Positions 61,901 through 64,000 of a DNA stretch of 64,000 nt are shown one piece after another. The notes beneath the pieces are model-generated. The model saw only the letters and a program-made list of their open reading frames with translations, was not told the DNA's origin and did no database searches. The translations under genes and the position numbers were made by a program. The stretch comes from Styela clava (taxonomy: Eukaryota), in NCBI RefSeq assembly GCF_964204865.1, contig NC_135252.1:14322001-14386000 (forward strand), read 5' to 3'. Position 1 is the stretch's first letter; each line of letters starts with the position of its first letter.

Positions 61901-62751
61901 GTTATGCTGAATACAATTTCATTTATTTGTAAATGTTCGTTATTGTCACTCACTAACAAAATTATTTTCTAGATCCATGTAAAAATGTTGAATGTCCAGA
62001 TTACAGTGAATGTAAAAATGGAAAATGTGTATGTGATAGAGGATATCAACGGAAACACGATAAATGCGTGGGTTAGTGTTTTTATGATCAGCGAAAACTA
62101 AAATTGAATCAAATTGTGTTGATGTTTGACTATCGGATTGAAGAGTGAAAATTATATTAGTTTACTATGATTTATGATTATTGTTAGTTCATCCTTTTCG
62201 AATTTGCCGCAATGATTATGAATTAGTTTCGCACTGCAAATTTTTTCTAGCAATTTGCTCTCATCCAAAACAATATGATGAATGTCCAACAGCTTGTCCG
62301 CCAAGTTGTGACGGTTCGAATACAAGATTTTGTACCACCGTTTGTAGGCCAGGTGTAAATTGTGTTTGCAAGCCAGGATACGTTGAGAAAAGCAAAAAAG
62401 ACAGTCGATGTACTAGGAAAGAAAATTGTCCAAGATGTAAGTAATCATTCGCCTTACATATCCACGTATTATATTTAATTTACACTCTTTGATTGGTTTA
62501 ATTATTCACTAATGTAAAGTATTATTGATGTGTGTAAGCAGTGTTTTGACCTGTACAATACAGAGTGGCTTTTGCTAAAATTTAATATCGTTTTCTATAA
62601 CGCATTAAAAAATTGACTTTAATTCTGATTAGCATATTGTGTCAATAAAAATTAATGCAATATTTAATTCCTCGAAATCAAATTACAGATTGTGATGGGA
62701 AAATTTGTGATTATGGATACAAATGCTACAAAAATAAATGTGTACCAGACG
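52983..62751 (+). CDS. Secreted Cys/Lys-rich modular protein B (paralog of A) with at least 5 TIL domains; 3' end not found in the window
   Basis: Exons: 52983-53055 (signal MAALVKCLIVVTLVFALFDVTSGF), 53399-53461, 53752-53853, 54205-54312, 56182-56286, 56633-56803 (TIL), 57457-57519, 57936-58034, 58305-58487 (TIL), 58740-58803 (64 nt, anomalous), 59002-59100, 59271-59369, 60010-60192 (TIL), 60467-60529, 60655-60753, 61064-61249 (TIL), 61716-61778, 61973-62071, 62251-62436 (TIL), 62689-62751. Confidence 0.88.
55250..55350 (+). pseudogene. Degenerate (dead) copy of the 56182-56286 exon
   Basis: ttgtgattacggaagggtttgtaaaaagggaaattgcagttgtag resembles ttgtgatcatggaagggtttgtaaaaatggaaaatgcatttgtaag, but the later Cys and the donor site are lost. 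Confidence 0.65.
57016..57113. mobile_element. 98-bp GG..CC-ended MITE with 8-bp TSD (Merlin-like)
   Basis: ggacctcctgaagtatgcgcacca / tggtgcgcatacttcaggagtacc with perfect TSD cgaaactt. Confidence 0.85.
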
Positions 62752-63899
62752 GTGAGTTACAAATAATGAGCAAACGATTGTATACCATAACGGCGTAACA
62801 ATTCTAATCTAATCAAACAAACTTCCAGTCAACATCGAAAATTTTAAATTATATATTTTTGATGACACAAACTTTGGTTAAAATGCATGGAAATATTTAC
62901 TCTCGAATATTGTGTCAATGTGGAATGAATTTATATGATGTTATATATATATATGAAGCTATATATTATGTTATATATATGTAATATATATATATGATTT
63001 TTACAATACATTGCATCAATCAATTAATCTAATCGTGTTGCCATAATTGCAACCTTTAAATTTCTGGGAGTAAAAAGCAAAGGCATTCGGCTCCATAATT
63101 AAATCCAAAATAGTCTTCATGATTTTCTTAATTTTTCATCATATCAACGTTACAAATTAAGACCATCTTGTTTATGTAAAGAAAAAGTTCTCTGAATGAC
63201 CATTTATCAGATAACCATCAGTTCTTTAATGAACAACAAATAACATTCTAATTCGGTGATGGCAAACCGCTGAGCCGTGTTTTTTCAACGAGCGCTAGGT
63301 CACGAATTGCTGTAAAATTCAACTCTCTGTAGGATAAGTGCGCTTTAGGGTATAGCACTTCCCACTACGGCTCTAAGTACAGCATGTAACTGAAGTTGTG
63401 ACCTGTTGTTTGGACCTCCAAATAAATGTCTTCAATTCATCAACAACTGACAGTACAAGAATACTATAACAATCATACCGATGCCCACAAGCGCAGCACG
63501 CTACTGACCATACACTTGTGTCGAAAGAAACATTAATCTGTTCACAACTCAAGAGGTGTGTGCATTGAGAAGAAGCCATAAGACGAAGGCTTAAATACAA
63601 CTAGTTTTGATGTCGTTGTTACTGTTAGAGTACTGTCTTCGTTGTAGAGATAAATAGGCTGTTTTGACATGGTCTTAATCAACTGCCGCTAGTATGCTAC
63701 AATATGAATGAAACAACAATAAACAATCGAATTAAATCGATTCGTCAAAGTACAGTTATCTACAAAACCCCGCAGGCCAACAGATGAACAATCCCGACAA
63801 GATTCTAAGTATAAACTCACAAGAAGCTATGGGCCGCGGCCCCGTCAGGAAAAATTCAATTATCTTACCAAAATTTTCAATTTTTACAAAATTGTCAAT

Positions 63900-64000
63900 A
63901 TTCGAACCAAAAAATAAACTCCTGTAGGATGTGTACCAGGTTAGGGTTAGGGCAAAATTTTGTTCAGATTTTTTACATTATAGTTCTATTATGAGTTTGG
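63900..64000. mobile_element. Partial MITE of the same TTAGGG-bearing family (runs off the window)
   Basis: ctcctgtaggatgtgtaccaggttagggttaggg...ttatagttctatt resembles 29176-29245. Confidence 0.55.

Overview
This is AT-rich, intron-rich eukaryotic (metazoan) DNA. The gene content (an ascidian-type metallothionein motif, a Ca-motif-less C-type lectin, cbEGF and TIL proteins) points to a tunicate/ascidian, which is an inference. All gene models were spliced by hand from GT-AG sites and reading phase. From left to right: (1) a 7-exon CYP4-clan cytochrome P450 on the minus strand (3189-12011) with an apparent 4-nt frameshift in the PERF motif and Gly in place of the CYP4 heme-linking Glu. Its intron 2 holds a nested insertion: a TSD-flanked, 5'-inverted tandem array of 360-bp units, each carrying a minimal type I hammerhead ribozyme (retrozyme-like). 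That array was later split by a TTAA piggyBac element, which itself contains a 428-bp fold-back and an intron-containing transposase remnant. (2) Three paralogous secreted genes (14.0-29.7 kb) share an N-terminal CxxC/QRG/EGF-like module I do not recognise but have different tails: 7 cbEGF repeats, none, or a mucin stalk plus GPI signal. (3) Two long Cys/Lys-rich secreted genes built from phase-1 mini-exons and TIL protease-inhibitor domains (31958-41966 and 52983 to beyond 62751). (4) A metallothionein-like gene on the minus strand (~42.7-43.3 kb). (5) A coiled-coil plus C-type lectin gene (47728-49949). Many hAT-type, GG..CC-ended (Merlin-like) and TA-target MITEs are also present. Most short ORFs in the supplied track are spurious or single-exon read-throughs.
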